Assembly (NCBI RefSeq): GCF_018882245.1
Contig: NZ_JACVOV010000001.1
Span: forward strand, 944,472-976,471
DNA length: 32,000 nucleotides
Direction of reading: 5' to 3'
Source: Polynucleobacter sp. AP-Capit-er-40B-B4
Lineage (GTDB): Bacteria > Pseudomonadota > Gammaproteobacteria > Burkholderiales > Burkholderiaceae
Shown: positions 9,457 to 17,096 of the stretch, in pieces
Position numbering within the stretch: position 1 is the stretch's first letter
Layout: each line of letters opens with the position of its first letter
Made by a program: the position numbers and the translations under genes
Notes under the pieces: generated by a model
Told to the model about the DNA's origin: nothing
The model's database searches: none
What the model saw: the letters and a program-made list of their open reading frames with translations, nothing else

Positions 9457-9798
9457 CTAGTTATCCAAATGTCCTTGCTTAAACTTGGCAATAAGCTCGT
9501 CTAAATCTTTTGCTGTTTGGTGAGAAGCATTAGCACACATAATAAGTGCTTCATTCTTAGTAAGCATTGCCATATCCGCAGTAATGCTTGCGGCTTGTGT
9601 GGATAGTGTGGCAAATTGTTCTATGAGTTTTGCTTCGTCAGTAAATCCTTTTGCCAAAACAAATAGCTGTTCAGCGTTCATATTTAATCTATCTCGCACT
9701 ATCCCATATGATGTGCGTAGATTCTCTACTTCGTGCGTAAGAGCAACTACTCTATCTAATAGCTTTTGGGTATATTCACTAATTTGATTTTCAGTCAT
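9457..9798 (-). CDS. Hypothetical helical protein
   Basis: A 113-aa ORF with a strong SD (AAGGAG 8 nt upstream of ATG 9798). It is convergent with the HD-GYP gene. Confidence 0.6.
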   Translation of the reverse strand: MTENQISEYTQKLLDRVVALTHEVENLRTSYGIVRDRLNMNAEQLFVLAKGFTDEAKLIEQFATLSTQAASITADMAMLTKNEALIMCANASHQTAKDLDELIAKFKQGHLDN

Positions 9799-10170
9799 AT
9801 GAAACTCCTTTCTTTCATAGTAACTCAGTTATTCGAAGCAAGCTACTTCGTTGCTTGCTGTGTCTTCGCTAAAGCTATCGCTTTCGCTCGTCACATTTCC
9901 TTCGGCTCATTATTGATTTGCTTTTGCTTTGTTGTTTGACTGATTTTGGAGTAAACAACGGCTATATGCGACTTAAAGAAGTAGCATTGATAGTCGTCGC
10001 TTGTATGTAATGTTCTGATTCCATCGCATACAACTGTAAAAGAATTTAACGAGAGACGAATGTATTAAAACTCTCAACCAGTTTTCGCATTGATTTGCTA
10101 AACAGTAATTCTGCGGCTCGCTCATATGTATCGCAACCTTTACAGCAATTGCAATACGAGCACGAAGTCA

Positions 10171-10512
10171 TTAGCCGTTATATTCCACTTCGTGTTTTTG
10201 TCCTTTGTTATCGCAATGACTTATTTGCGTGTGCTGTCTAAATAATTTTCTGTTCGTCCGTTTGCCTAAATTGAGCACCTTGTAAGCCATAGCTCTACAA
10301 GCCTTGTTCTGTCTTGCTCTTATCTGCACGGTTTTTGTATATGTCGTTAGTAAATCGCGTTCGTCGCTGTTTAACCATTCTGCGTGATGTTTGAGTAAGT
10401 TTGTCGCAACTATCTGTGCTTGCTGTAAGCATAAGTCCACTCTGTCCATATGCTTTATTGCAATACCGTTTTGCTTTAACCAATCATTTGCTACTTGTTC
10501 GTCATTACGCAT
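10171..10512 (-). CDS. Hypothetical protein (start uncertain: ATG 10512 or TTG 10590)
   Basis: The open frame is 420 nt and plausibly helical. Neither candidate start has an SD. The equivalent region of I2 has no counterpart. Confidence 0.4.
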   Translation of the reverse strand: MRNDEQVANDWLKQNGIAIKHMDRVDLCLQQAQIVATNLLKHHAEWLNSDERDLLTTYTKTVQIRARQNKACRAMAYKVLNLGKRTNRKLFRQHTQISHCDNKGQKHEVEYNG

Positions 10513-10656
10513 ACAAATATTTATCAACAACCAAATATTCCTTAATATTTGCTGTCCATTTCTTACATATGACTGGGTATTGCACGGCAAATTCAGGTTG
10601 TTCTCGTAGCGTTTCCGAAACTACAGTAATTGAACTTACTTACAAAGGAGATTGAT

Positions 10657-11097
10657 ATGAGTACATTAGATGGATTAAAACTTAGCACAGCAAAAAAACC
10701 AGCACATATACCAGCAGTCGTATTTCGTCGCAATAAGCTGTCTAATAAACTTTGGGAGCAAATCGAGCTTGCTAAGAGCCAAATCAACGGCACTAGCTTT
10801 GCTGTTAAAAAGTTTCGCACAGTAAAGGATAAAGAAACTGGTTTGCGTAAAAGTGTGGAAGTAAACAAAAGGTTGAGAGAGTGGTGGTTTAAAAATGATG
10901 CTGGCAAAGTCTGCGTCAGCATTAAATATGGCAGTCAGCTTATTGAGTTGGCAAAAGGTAAACACAGCGTAGAGTGCGACACAGCACAAGGTTTAATTAA
11001 AGCGTTAGAGCAAATTAAAACGGCTGTGGAGTTGGGTGAGCTTGATACGCAGATTGCAACAGCAAGCGTGAATTTGCGTAAAGGATTTGGAAAGTAA
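10657..11097 (+). CDS. Conserved island protein A (146 aa), right-end module gene 1
   Basis: ATG 10657 has AAGGAG 6 nt upstream. From this start the protein is the same length as 21618..22058 and about 70% identical by eye (KKP.H.PA.V.RRNKLS.KLWEQI.LAKSQ..GT.F.V.KF.T.KDKETGLRK). Confidence 0.8.
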   Translation: MSTLDGLKLSTAKKPAHIPAVVFRRNKLSNKLWEQIELAKSQINGTSFAVKKFRTVKDKETGLRKSVEVNKRLREWWFKNDAGKVCVSIKYGSQLIELAKGKHSVECDTAQGLIKALEQIKTAVELGELDTQIATASVNLRKGFGK

Positions 11098-11144
11098 ATT
11101 CTCGCTGTAGTGTCGTGCTTGGCACGGTACTACTAAATACTTGT

Positions 11145-11291
11145 ATGCACAAATACCGAGCAACAGTTAAAGCAAGCGGACTATGGACAGAAACAATTGT
11201 GTTTGCACAAAATCAAGCACAAGCATACGCATTGTTTAAGTCCATCTTCGGTGCCGCCAACGTGCCCCACCAGCCGCAACAAATTACTTGA
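11145..11291 (+). CDS. Conserved island small protein B (48 aa), below the ORF-track cutoff
   Basis: The translation is MHKYRATVKASGLWTETIVFAQNQAQAYALFKSIFGAANVPHQPQQIT. The paralog at 22104..22250 has the same length, with mostly synonymous or conservative differences. The upstream CTAAATACTTGTATG is conserved. Confidence 0.7.
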   Translation: MHKYRATVKASGLWTETIVFAQNQAQAYALFKSIFGAANVPHQPQQIT

Positions 11292-11301
11292 GAAAGCCTA
11301 T

Positions 11302-11496
11302 ATGCTTATTAGAGAAGTTGAACAGAGGATTAGTTACAGCGTGCCCAACCCTAGCAAGCCTCGCACACCACAACAAGCACGCTTAGACGCATTAAAAACG
11401 CAGAAAGACAATGTCAGCCGAGCGTTAGACACGGAGCGTAAGCGGCAGAAGGTGGCAAAAGCACAGCAGAATTTAACGAAGGCAATGTCTGCGTAA
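11302..11496 (+). CDS. Conserved island small basic protein C (64 aa)
   Basis: This is the internal ATG of track ORF 11197..11496. The K/R/Q-rich sequence (PQQARLDALKTQKDNVSRALDTERKRQKVAKAQQNL) parallels 22253..22417 (PEQARLKSMRDRVKRDQEAVKAERVRQKIKAGQQEL). Confidence 0.6.
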   Translation: MLIREVEQRISYSVPNPSKPRTPQQARLDALKTQKDNVSRALDTERKRQKVAKAQQNLTKAMSA

Positions 11497-11615
11497 GCAG
11501 GAAAAGCAGAACACCGTTAAACAGGATTAAACATCCTTAACTGCCGTAGGATTAAGCAAATACAAGGCGATTGAGTACAGTTGCACACATTTGTGTAGCT
11601 TGATTACAGTTTCAT

Positions 11616-11670
11616 TTATAATTCCAAGTCTTGGCCTGGTAGCTCAGTCGGTAGAGCAGAGGATTGAAAA
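11616..11670 (+). repeat. att repeat copy 2: island-borne TATAAT box plus 5' 38 nt of tRNA-Phe, now orphaned
   Basis: Identical to 5187-5241 and 22907-22961. It is preceded by the island-specific CAGTTTCATT, also found before copy 3. It is followed by CGTAGG rather than the tRNA 3' half. Confidence 0.9.
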
Positions 11671-11833
11671 CGTAGGATAGAGGACTAAAACAGTTCTGCA
11701 CATTGGGTCTAAGCTGGTTGCGACCCACCGCCCTACAAGCACCGAATCTCGTGGCTCGCAGCGGTTTCAAATATTTCCCGAATGGCATCAACAGTTTTGC
11801 ATTGAGGGTCTCGACTAAGGGTATTATTTGTAA

Positions 11834-12580
11834 ATGGCTAAGGCGAGCAAAAATTATATTCACCCACCAATTACAGAAGCTGTAATAGCAATTAATTTCA
11901 AATCTACTATTGGATTTGATGACTTAACTTCAGTCAGCAAAAAATATCAAAAAGAATATCCCCAATCACAGGCAGTTTCAAATCTAAGTTTCACTGTGGA
12001 TGTTGATGGAGAGGGTGGAGTTCCGATTCCCAAAAATACACAGAACCAAAAAGGATGGCGCCTTTCCTCAAATGATATGACTCAGATTTTGGTTCTGTGG
12101 CCGCAATCCTTTACCATTTCACAGTTGGCCCCGTATGTCGGATGGGAGACTTTCCTAGAGCGTTTTATGCGTGATTGGAAGAAATTTAAGCGGAATATTG
12201 GGCAAAAAGAAATTGCTCGTATCGGCGTTCGGTATATCAATCGAATTGATATACCAGTGACAGGCGATATTGTTGAGCATGAGAAATACCTAAATATTTT
12301 TCCAAAGCTGCCCAATTCCTTAACTCCGCTGCATGCGTTTGCAGTTCAGTCGGCCTTGAAGTTGCCTGACATTGGTTGTGATTTGCTGATTAATTCAGCC
12401 GCTGCTCCCTCCCCAATTCTTGATCATGCCAGTTTTATGTTGGATTTAGACATCTTTAGGGTTGAAGATTTGCCTCAAAGTGATCAGGACATCTACAATT
12501 TATTGAATGAAATTCGTAACAAGAAAAACAAAGTCTTTGAACAGTGCATTAGTAATCGTGCAAGAAAGCTTTTTGGTTAA
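11834..12580 (+). CDS. TIGR04255-like uncharacterised protein
   Basis: 248 aa. The N-terminal KNYIHPPITEAVIAINF matches my recollection of the TIGR04255 N-terminal signature (Y..PL.EV..E.RF). It is the first gene of a three-gene operon. Confidence 0.55.
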   Translation: MAKASKNYIHPPITEAVIAINFKSTIGFDDLTSVSKKYQKEYPQSQAVSNLSFTVDVDGEGGVPIPKNTQNQKGWRLSSNDMTQILVLWPQSFTISQLAPYVGWETFLERFMRDWKKFKRNIGQKEIARIGVRYINRIDIPVTGDIVEHEKYLNIFPKLPNSLTPLHAFAVQSALKLPDIGCDLLINSAAAPSPILDHASFMLDLDIFRVEDLPQSDQDIYNLLNEIRNKKNKVFEQCISNRARKLFG

Positions 12581-13266
12581 TGAGTAGAGCTCTATTAAAA
12601 AAGACTGAAGTTAAGCAATTTCCTAATGTCCTATTGGCGAAGGACAGGGCTGCTTTAACATTTTTTTCGGAGCAAATGGCCAATCAAAAAGTTTTCTCTG
12701 CACTTGGAGGGCTTGGCGAAAATTTAGTCAGTCATACAACGAGTGAATTTCAAAAATCTATTCAAAGTCTGGTGAGCATTAAATCGCCTTCTACTCAAGC
12801 GATTAGCGAACATAAAACACTTTCGGAAAAGCTATACGACGCAACATCAGAAGTGAAGATCCTTACATCTCAAGTTTCGATGTATTTAACTCGCGAGTGG
12901 AGAGATCGGGTTTTCAAGCGGCTGGATAACATGCACGATATCAGTGAGTGGGATGCTGATACAAGCCCAATCCAAAAGGAGTCGTATAAAACTTTTTTAA
13001 AGCTTGTGATTTCGTTAAAGCCAAATAAGCACCCAGGACTGGGGCTTTCTGATAAAGGTTTTCTGCTGGCAGCGTGGATAGTTGGTGGGGACCGATTAAC
13101 CACAGAATTTTTGCCAAACGATAATATTAGATGGACTCTTTCGACGCTGGTTGATGGCGAAATAGATCGTGCCGCTGGAGTTACAAAGGTTTCAAGATTG
13201 CTCCTCAATCTTTTGCCATATCAGCCCAATAAATGGTTTTATGAAAATACCCACCAAAAGGGGTAA
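12580..13266 (+). CDS. Hypothetical protein, operon gene 2
   Basis: 228 aa. The start overlaps the upstream stop (TAATG). I recognise no family. Confidence 0.55.
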   Translation: MSRALLKKTEVKQFPNVLLAKDRAALTFFSEQMANQKVFSALGGLGENLVSHTTSEFQKSIQSLVSIKSPSTQAISEHKTLSEKLYDATSEVKILTSQVSMYLTREWRDRVFKRLDNMHDISEWDADTSPIQKESYKTFLKLVISLKPNKHPGLGLSDKGFLLAAWIVGGDRLTTEFLPNDNIRWTLSTLVDGEIDRAAGVTKVSRLLLNLLPYQPNKWFYENTHQKG

Positions 13267-13693
13267 TTTGATACCAGATGAGCACGAGGTTGTTCGTCAT
13301 GTTCCTTATCAAAAAATAATATTTGATGAGCAAGAAAATATTATCGGAATATTTCCGCACGCCTATGCATTGCGTAAAGATGAGCCTCAGCTTTCTGTCG
13401 ATTGGCTCGATTATTATGATGGCACAAGAGACGAGAAATTAAAGGCCGTCCTGCAGGGATTGCAAGCATCCAAAGGTATTGGAAAAAAGAGTGCGCTAGC
13501 CTTAGGCAATGTGATGGCTATAAAAACAGCCGCACGGAATGCCTCAAGTATTAATTTACGAATTTCCTACGCTCCAAATGGAACAAATAAAGCGCATTCA
13601 TTGATTCATAACATTAATAATGATGAATTACAGCTCTTAGAGGCCTTGGCAACAGAAGGATTTGCCGACATTAGACAGGTTCGCTCCATATAA
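13241..13693 (+). CDS. Hypothetical protein, operon gene 3 (about 150 aa; the track's alternative start is GTG 13169)
   Basis: The ORF overlaps the end of gene 2 by 26 nt when started at ATG 13241. I recognise no family. Confidence 0.5.
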   Translation: MKIPTKRGNLIPDEHEVVRHVPYQKIIFDEQENIIGIFPHAYALRKDEPQLSVDWLDYYDGTRDEKLKAVLQGLQASKGIGKKSALALGNVMAIKTAARNASSINLRISYAPNGTNKAHSLIHNINNDELQLLEALATEGFADIRQVRSI

Positions 13694-13704
13694 AGGAGTG
13701 ATTC

Positions 13705-13725
13705 AGCGTCCAGTAACTAGACGCT
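13705..13725 (+). repeat. Family-A palindromic repeat, copy a
   Basis: AGCGTC CAGTAACTA GACGCT: 6-bp arms and a 9-nt asymmetric centre. Confidence 0.85.
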
Positions 13726-13905
13726 TAACTTCTTCAAGCAGTCCCTACACAAGCATTGATCTTTTGATTTGTCTTCAAGTGCTTGTTCGAGCTTTGCCTT
13801 GTCTACTGGCACTTCAAAACACCAACATTTTTTATCGCCACCCATTTGGCAGTCATTGGCTCTTCCACAAGCTGGGCAAATTTTTCCAATATCTTCCGTT
13901 TTCAT
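13717..13905 (-). CDS. Cysteine-rich CWC family protein
   Basis: 62 aa with the pattern CPACG...C...CWC...CLCRDC, typical of the Cys_rich_CWC family. Confidence 0.65.
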   Translation of the reverse strand: MKTEDIGKICPACGRANDCQMGGDKKCWCFEVPVDKAKLEQALEDKSKDQCLCRDCLKKLSV

Positions 13906-13975
13906 GGCCTGATTCTACGGGGTTGGAAAGATAGGGGGTTTGTTTCTGTCTGTTCCAGATGGAACAAATTTATTC

Positions 13976-13996
13976 AGCGTCTAGTTATGGGACGCT
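13976..13996 (-). repeat. Family-A palindromic repeat, copy b (centre inverted relative to copy a)
   Basis: AGCGTC TAGTTATGG GACGCT. Its reverse complement AGCGTCCCATAACTAGACGCT matches the other copies. Confidence 0.85.
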
Positions 13997-14014
13997 CAGC
14001 TTAGCTAATAAGCT

Positions 14015-14707
14015 TTAGTTTCTCAATAGCAGCCTTAAACATTGGGCATATTCTTTTGCGTTAATTGATTTTTCATCCATGAATACGCTTTGTAAAGTAA
14101 ATCCCGGGATGACAATGCCAAATAGAGCAACGGATAAATTTAAAGCGTTTAACTTTTGAGGAAGCTGACCATGCTTCTGCAAATTTAGGATGTAGCACTC
14201 TAATGCGCCACGAATTCGCTCAAAAAAGGTGGTCATAGTGTGGCGTATATTTTTATCAACCATAGCAAGAGACCAGGCATGAAAGGCGATGCCTTTGCCT
14301 GGCCCAGTCGTTATTTCTTCCGCAAAGGCAGCAAGCTCTGTGATTGTGGCAATAAGAGAGAGCTCTTGTTGACAAGCCAGGGCGAGGATTAAATCAATTC
14401 TTTCACCAAAGCGCCCAAGATTTTGAGCAATGATTATCTGAATGATTTCTTCCTTAGTTTTGAAATGATGATAAAGGTTTCCCCGTGAAAAGCCGCTAGC
14501 TTTTTGTATGTCGGCCATAGATGTGCCCACAAAGCCTTGCTCCTGAAAGCAGACCCTGGCCGCCATTAAAATTTTATCCCTACCGACTGCAAGGTCATTT
14601 ACTTTGGCATTGCTTAGTCGTTTTTTGGGTTGACTAGTTAGTCCTGTAACTACCACTGGCGAGTTTTTTTTCGAAAGAGCATTACGTTTGATGGTAGGGG
14701 TTGACAT
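14015..14707 (-). CDS. TetR/AcrR family transcriptional regulator
   Basis: 230 aa. The TetR HTH is ILMAARVCFQEQGFVGTSMADIQKASGFSRGNLYHHFKTKEEI, preceded by a ~45-aa basic N-terminal extension. It is divergent from the curlin-like genes. Confidence 0.85.
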   Translation of the reverse strand: MSTPTIKRNALSKKNSPVVVTGLTSQPKKRLSNAKVNDLAVGRDKILMAARVCFQEQGFVGTSMADIQKASGFSRGNLYHHFKTKEEIIQIIIAQNLGRFGERIDLILALACQQELSLIATITELAAFAEEITTGPGKGIAFHAWSLAMVDKNIRHTMTTFFERIRGALECYILNLQKHGQLPQKLNALNLSVALFGIVIPGFTLQSVFMDEKSINAKEYAQCLRLLLRN

Positions 14708-14819
14708 TTATACCTAGTCCTTTTTAGACCGACCGCTTTGTTAAAAAAATAGAGTTGCAGTGAGAGGAAACCAAGAGTAAATTTTTCTTTAACCAACTTT
14801 AAAAGGACTAAGTTTCAAC

Positions 14820-15524
14820 ATGAAAATTTTTAACACACTAATCATACTTTCGCTACTGACAGTAAGCCAACTCACATATGGTCAGCCATACTATGGTGGG
14901 GGCAATAGGGGTTTAATCAAAAATGTGGTGGATGAGGTTACCGATCTTCTTTCAGATGCATCCTACAAGGGCGGCTCCTTTAGCAATATTGCTGTCAATA
15001 GTAGTGACATTTTGGCAACTGTAGATCTAGCGGGGCAAAAAATTAAACTTGGAGGTACGCCTGCTACAGTGTCCGTAGCAGTTACACAAAATCTTACATC
15101 CTCCAACATTAATGCATCTTCCTCCGAAATAAATCAAAACAACAACACTACCAAATCTAACTTAACAACTGCCGTTACAAATACAACAGAAAATATTGCA
15201 ACAGCTAATTCAAATGCTGTGGCGAATATTTCTGCAATTGCATTGGCTAACTCGATTTCTGCAACTGCTATTGGAGCCATGAATACCGGAAATGTGGACT
15301 TAACCCAAGCACAGCGTTCTGGCCTTGGGGGTTTGTCAACCTACAATCCTTCTGTTGCTAACCTTGCTGTAAACACAAGCGATATTACATCTGCAGTAAC
15401 AATTTCTGCAGTAGAGAGTTTAAGAATAAACAACACAAGTATTTCAGCTGCTGCTGTTGGTGCAATGAATACGGGAAATATTTCTGTTACAGCTCCTCCA
15501 ACAGCATCTTCTTCAAGACGTTAG
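14820..15524 (+). CDS. Secreted curlin-like repeat protein (candidate fibre subunit)
   Basis: It has a signal peptide ending TYG|QPYYGGGNRG, which resembles the CsgA N22 secretion segment (PQYGGGGNHG). There is an internal duplication: NIAVNSSDILATV with NSISATAIGAMNTGNVDLTQ, then NLAVNTSDITSAV with TSISAAAVGAMNTGNISVT. The protein is N/S/T-rich and the SD is AAGGA. Confidence 0.65.
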   Translation: MKIFNTLIILSLLTVSQLTYGQPYYGGGNRGLIKNVVDEVTDLLSDASYKGGSFSNIAVNSSDILATVDLAGQKIKLGGTPATVSVAVTQNLTSSNINASSSEINQNNNTTKSNLTTAVTNTTENIATANSNAVANISAIALANSISATAIGAMNTGNVDLTQAQRSGLGGLSTYNPSVANLAVNTSDITSAVTISAVESLRINNTSISAAAVGAMNTGNISVTAPPTASSSRR

Positions 15525-15534
15525 GAGTACGTCT

Positions 15535-15930
15535 GTGCGGGCCTTGGTCAATCTCCTCGCTTTTACAGCAATAACGTGCAGTGTTGTTAAGCCTTCTCAG
15601 TCTGAAAGTGTATCCAATCAATGGAATAGCGCATGGTCTGGTCAAGACTCTGCTGCGCGGGCTGTAATGATTCAACAAGCAAACGCAATTGCATTAAGGC
15701 AATCTGACTATTACAGCAGTTTTGGGCCTGCCAATGTATCTTCAACCCAATACTCTACCAATACAAGCACTTCAAACATTGCCAATCAAAACGTCAACAG
15801 CTTTAGCACTACTTCTGTTGGTTCGATGAATACTACAAATTCGACAGTAACTGGAAGTAACAATAGCATTTCTTCTAGTGGAACAACCTCAAGTAGCGGT
15901 TCCCTGCAAAGTACGATTAACCGTCAATAA
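15535..15930 (+). CDS. Second secreted N/S/T-rich protein sharing the curlin-like motif (candidate minor subunit or nucleator)
   Basis: GTG start with AGGAG 7 nt upstream, followed by a signal peptide. The motif STTSVGSMNTTNSTVT parallels S.AIGAMNTGN..LT of the upstream protein. Confidence 0.55.
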   Translation: MRALVNLLAFTAITCSVVKPSQSESVSNQWNSAWSGQDSAARAVMIQQANAIALRQSDYYSSFGPANVSSTQYSTNTSTSNIANQNVNSFSTTSVGSMNTTNSTVTGSNNSISSSGTTSSSGSLQSTINRQ

Positions 15931-15946
15931 ATTAGTGCTGCCGCAA

Positions 15947-17005
15947 ATGCTTTTGTGTAGGCTATTTTTATATATTTTGCTTCTAATGATTCTCTCGGGC
16001 TGTCAAGGGTATAGCTTCATCACAACCAATCGAGGAGAAGATGCCCCTCTAACAAAAGGTCCCCCAATACGTGACGTTGTCACACCTTTTAATAAGGCAT
16101 TAATTTGCCTTAGAGACCGCGTAAATAAAAACATCACCTTTTCTGTTGGCGCAGTTTTAGATCAAACTGGAAAAGAACAACTTACAGATGGTGGATTAGG
16201 AAAATTTGTAACGCAAGGGGCTGGAGATATGCTTCAGTCAGCTTTGTACGAGGGCGGTGTTAGTCTACTAAATCGCAGAGACCCGAGAATCATTGAGGCT
16301 GAATTAAAGTGGGGGCTACAAGATCAGCGACTTCTGATTCCGACAGACTATTACATTACGGGGAGCATTAATAGTCTCGACATTATGCCTGGAGGAGGTT
16401 TTCAGGCTGAAATTGGGGGTGTTGGACCAACTTATACTCAAATGAGAATGTTGATTGGTATAGACCTCTCTATGACAAGCACTAAGACAAGCCAGATAGT
16501 TGCAAATGTGGCGTTACAAAAACAAATTTTTGCAACGGACTTTAATGTTGCAATGGGTAATTTTATTGGTACTACGTTATTCAATGTTAATTCTGGATAC
16601 AAAGAGAGAGAGGCAATTCATTTTGCTCTACGGCAAATGATTAATCTGTCTACCTTTGAGCTTCTAACGCAGGTCATGAATCCTGGGGCCTATTCTCAGT
16701 GTCGTAAATTAATCGACTCGGTTAATGATGGCACCATAGAGAACACTAAAACTTCAAGGCTGGTAAAGGACTATGAAAATAGCTTAATCGAATCTTCAGG
16801 CATCCAATCACAGCCAAACTTCAATCAAAAGGGGTTAACAACCCCAGCCGTTGACTTAAGTGATCCATTAATACAAAAGACTGTTAAACCAGAAGCAAAG
16901 GCTACTAATCAATTTAAAAATGCCCCGTTGAAAGACTTAACTCCAAGTGAGGCTGGCACAACTTACTTAATGAATAAACAAGAAATTATCCAGTTTTCTA
17001 AGTAA
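15947..17005 (+). CDS. csgG: CsgG/HfaB-family outer-membrane secretion lipoprotein with a ~100-aa C-terminal extension
   Basis: The lipobox is LLLMILSGC after ATG 15947; the track's start at 15878 overlaps the upstream gene. Blocks colinear with E. coli CsgG are ITFSVGAVLDQTGK, VTQGAGDMLQSALYEGG, YYITGSINSLD..GGG and MLIGIDLSMTSTKTSQIVANV. Confidence 0.8.
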   Translation: MLLCRLFLYILLLMILSGCQGYSFITTNRGEDAPLTKGPPIRDVVTPFNKALICLRDRVNKNITFSVGAVLDQTGKEQLTDGGLGKFVTQGAGDMLQSALYEGGVSLLNRRDPRIIEAELKWGLQDQRLLIPTDYYITGSINSLDIMPGGGFQAEIGGVGPTYTQMRMLIGIDLSMTSTKTSQIVANVALQKQIFATDFNVAMGNFIGTTLFNVNSGYKEREAIHFALRQMINLSTFELLTQVMNPGAYSQCRKLIDSVNDGTIENTKTSRLVKDYENSLIESSGIQSQPNFNQKGLTTPAVDLSDPLIQKTVKPEAKATNQFKNAPLKDLTPSEAGTTYLMNKQEIIQFSK

Positions 17006-17071
17006 AATATTTTTGGTAAATTAATAATTTGTAATAAATTGCCCAAACCCTAATCTGAATTTAAGCTAGTA

Positions 17072-17092
17072 AGCGTCCCGTAACTAGACGCT
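17072..17092 (+). repeat. Family-A palindromic repeat, copy c
   Basis: AGCGTC CCGTAACTA GACGCT, ending 4 nt before the TTG start of int2. Confidence 0.85.
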
Positions 17093-17096
17093 CGAC

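Larger units (their letters stand above)
5242..11670 (+). mobile_element. Integrative island I1 (about 6.4 kb), inserted in the anticodon loop of tRNA-Phe and replacing its 5' half
   Basis: It is bounded by perfect 55-nt direct repeats and has an integrase gene 200 nt inside the left end. The right arm (11514-11615) is homologous to 22806-22906 of island I2. Confidence 0.8.
11671..17004. mobile_element. Integrase-less accessory segment between the I1 att repeat and the I2 left end (probable remnant of older tandem elements)
   Basis: It lies inside the tandem array. Its first ~115 nt look like a decayed copy of the family right arm. It ends where the motif AAAATATTTTT recurs; the same motif follows the core at the I1 left end. 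Confidence 0.5.

Noticed and set aside
10295-10989. Track ORFs 10295..10483, 10391..10609, 10401..10655, 10593..10922 and 10675..10989.
   Set aside because: They overlap the better-supported 10171..10512 ORF or the conserved gene 10657..11097, and the paralogous island has no counterparts.
11197-11301. The long version of ORF 11197..11496 starting at 11197.
   Set aside because: Its first 35 codons overlap the conserved 48-aa ORF (11145..11291) in another frame and have no counterpart in I2. I kept only the part from ATG 11302.
11797-11827. A sigma70-like promoter TTGCAT-N19-TATTAT immediately upstream of the 11834 operon.
   Set aside because: The 19-nt spacer is suboptimal and the -10 ends only 6 nt before the ATG. 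It is mentioned as a possible leaderless arrangement but is too weak to annotate as a feature.
11612-11885. ORFs 11612..11863 (minus strand) and 11703..11885 (plus strand) spanning the att repeat and the decayed arm.
   Set aside because: They run through the tRNA fragment and arm-like non-coding DNA. They show no coding signature.
13662-14004. ORFs 13662..13934 and 13783..14004 on the plus strand.
   Set aside because: They are antisense to the CWC gene, which has a diagnostic Cys pattern, and they run through the family-A repeats.
15878-15946. The upstream start (15878) for the CsgG-like gene.
   Set aside because: It would overlap the preceding gene by 53 nt and place 23 residues in front of the lipoprotein signal peptide. 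ATG 15947 gives a canonical signal plus lipobox.
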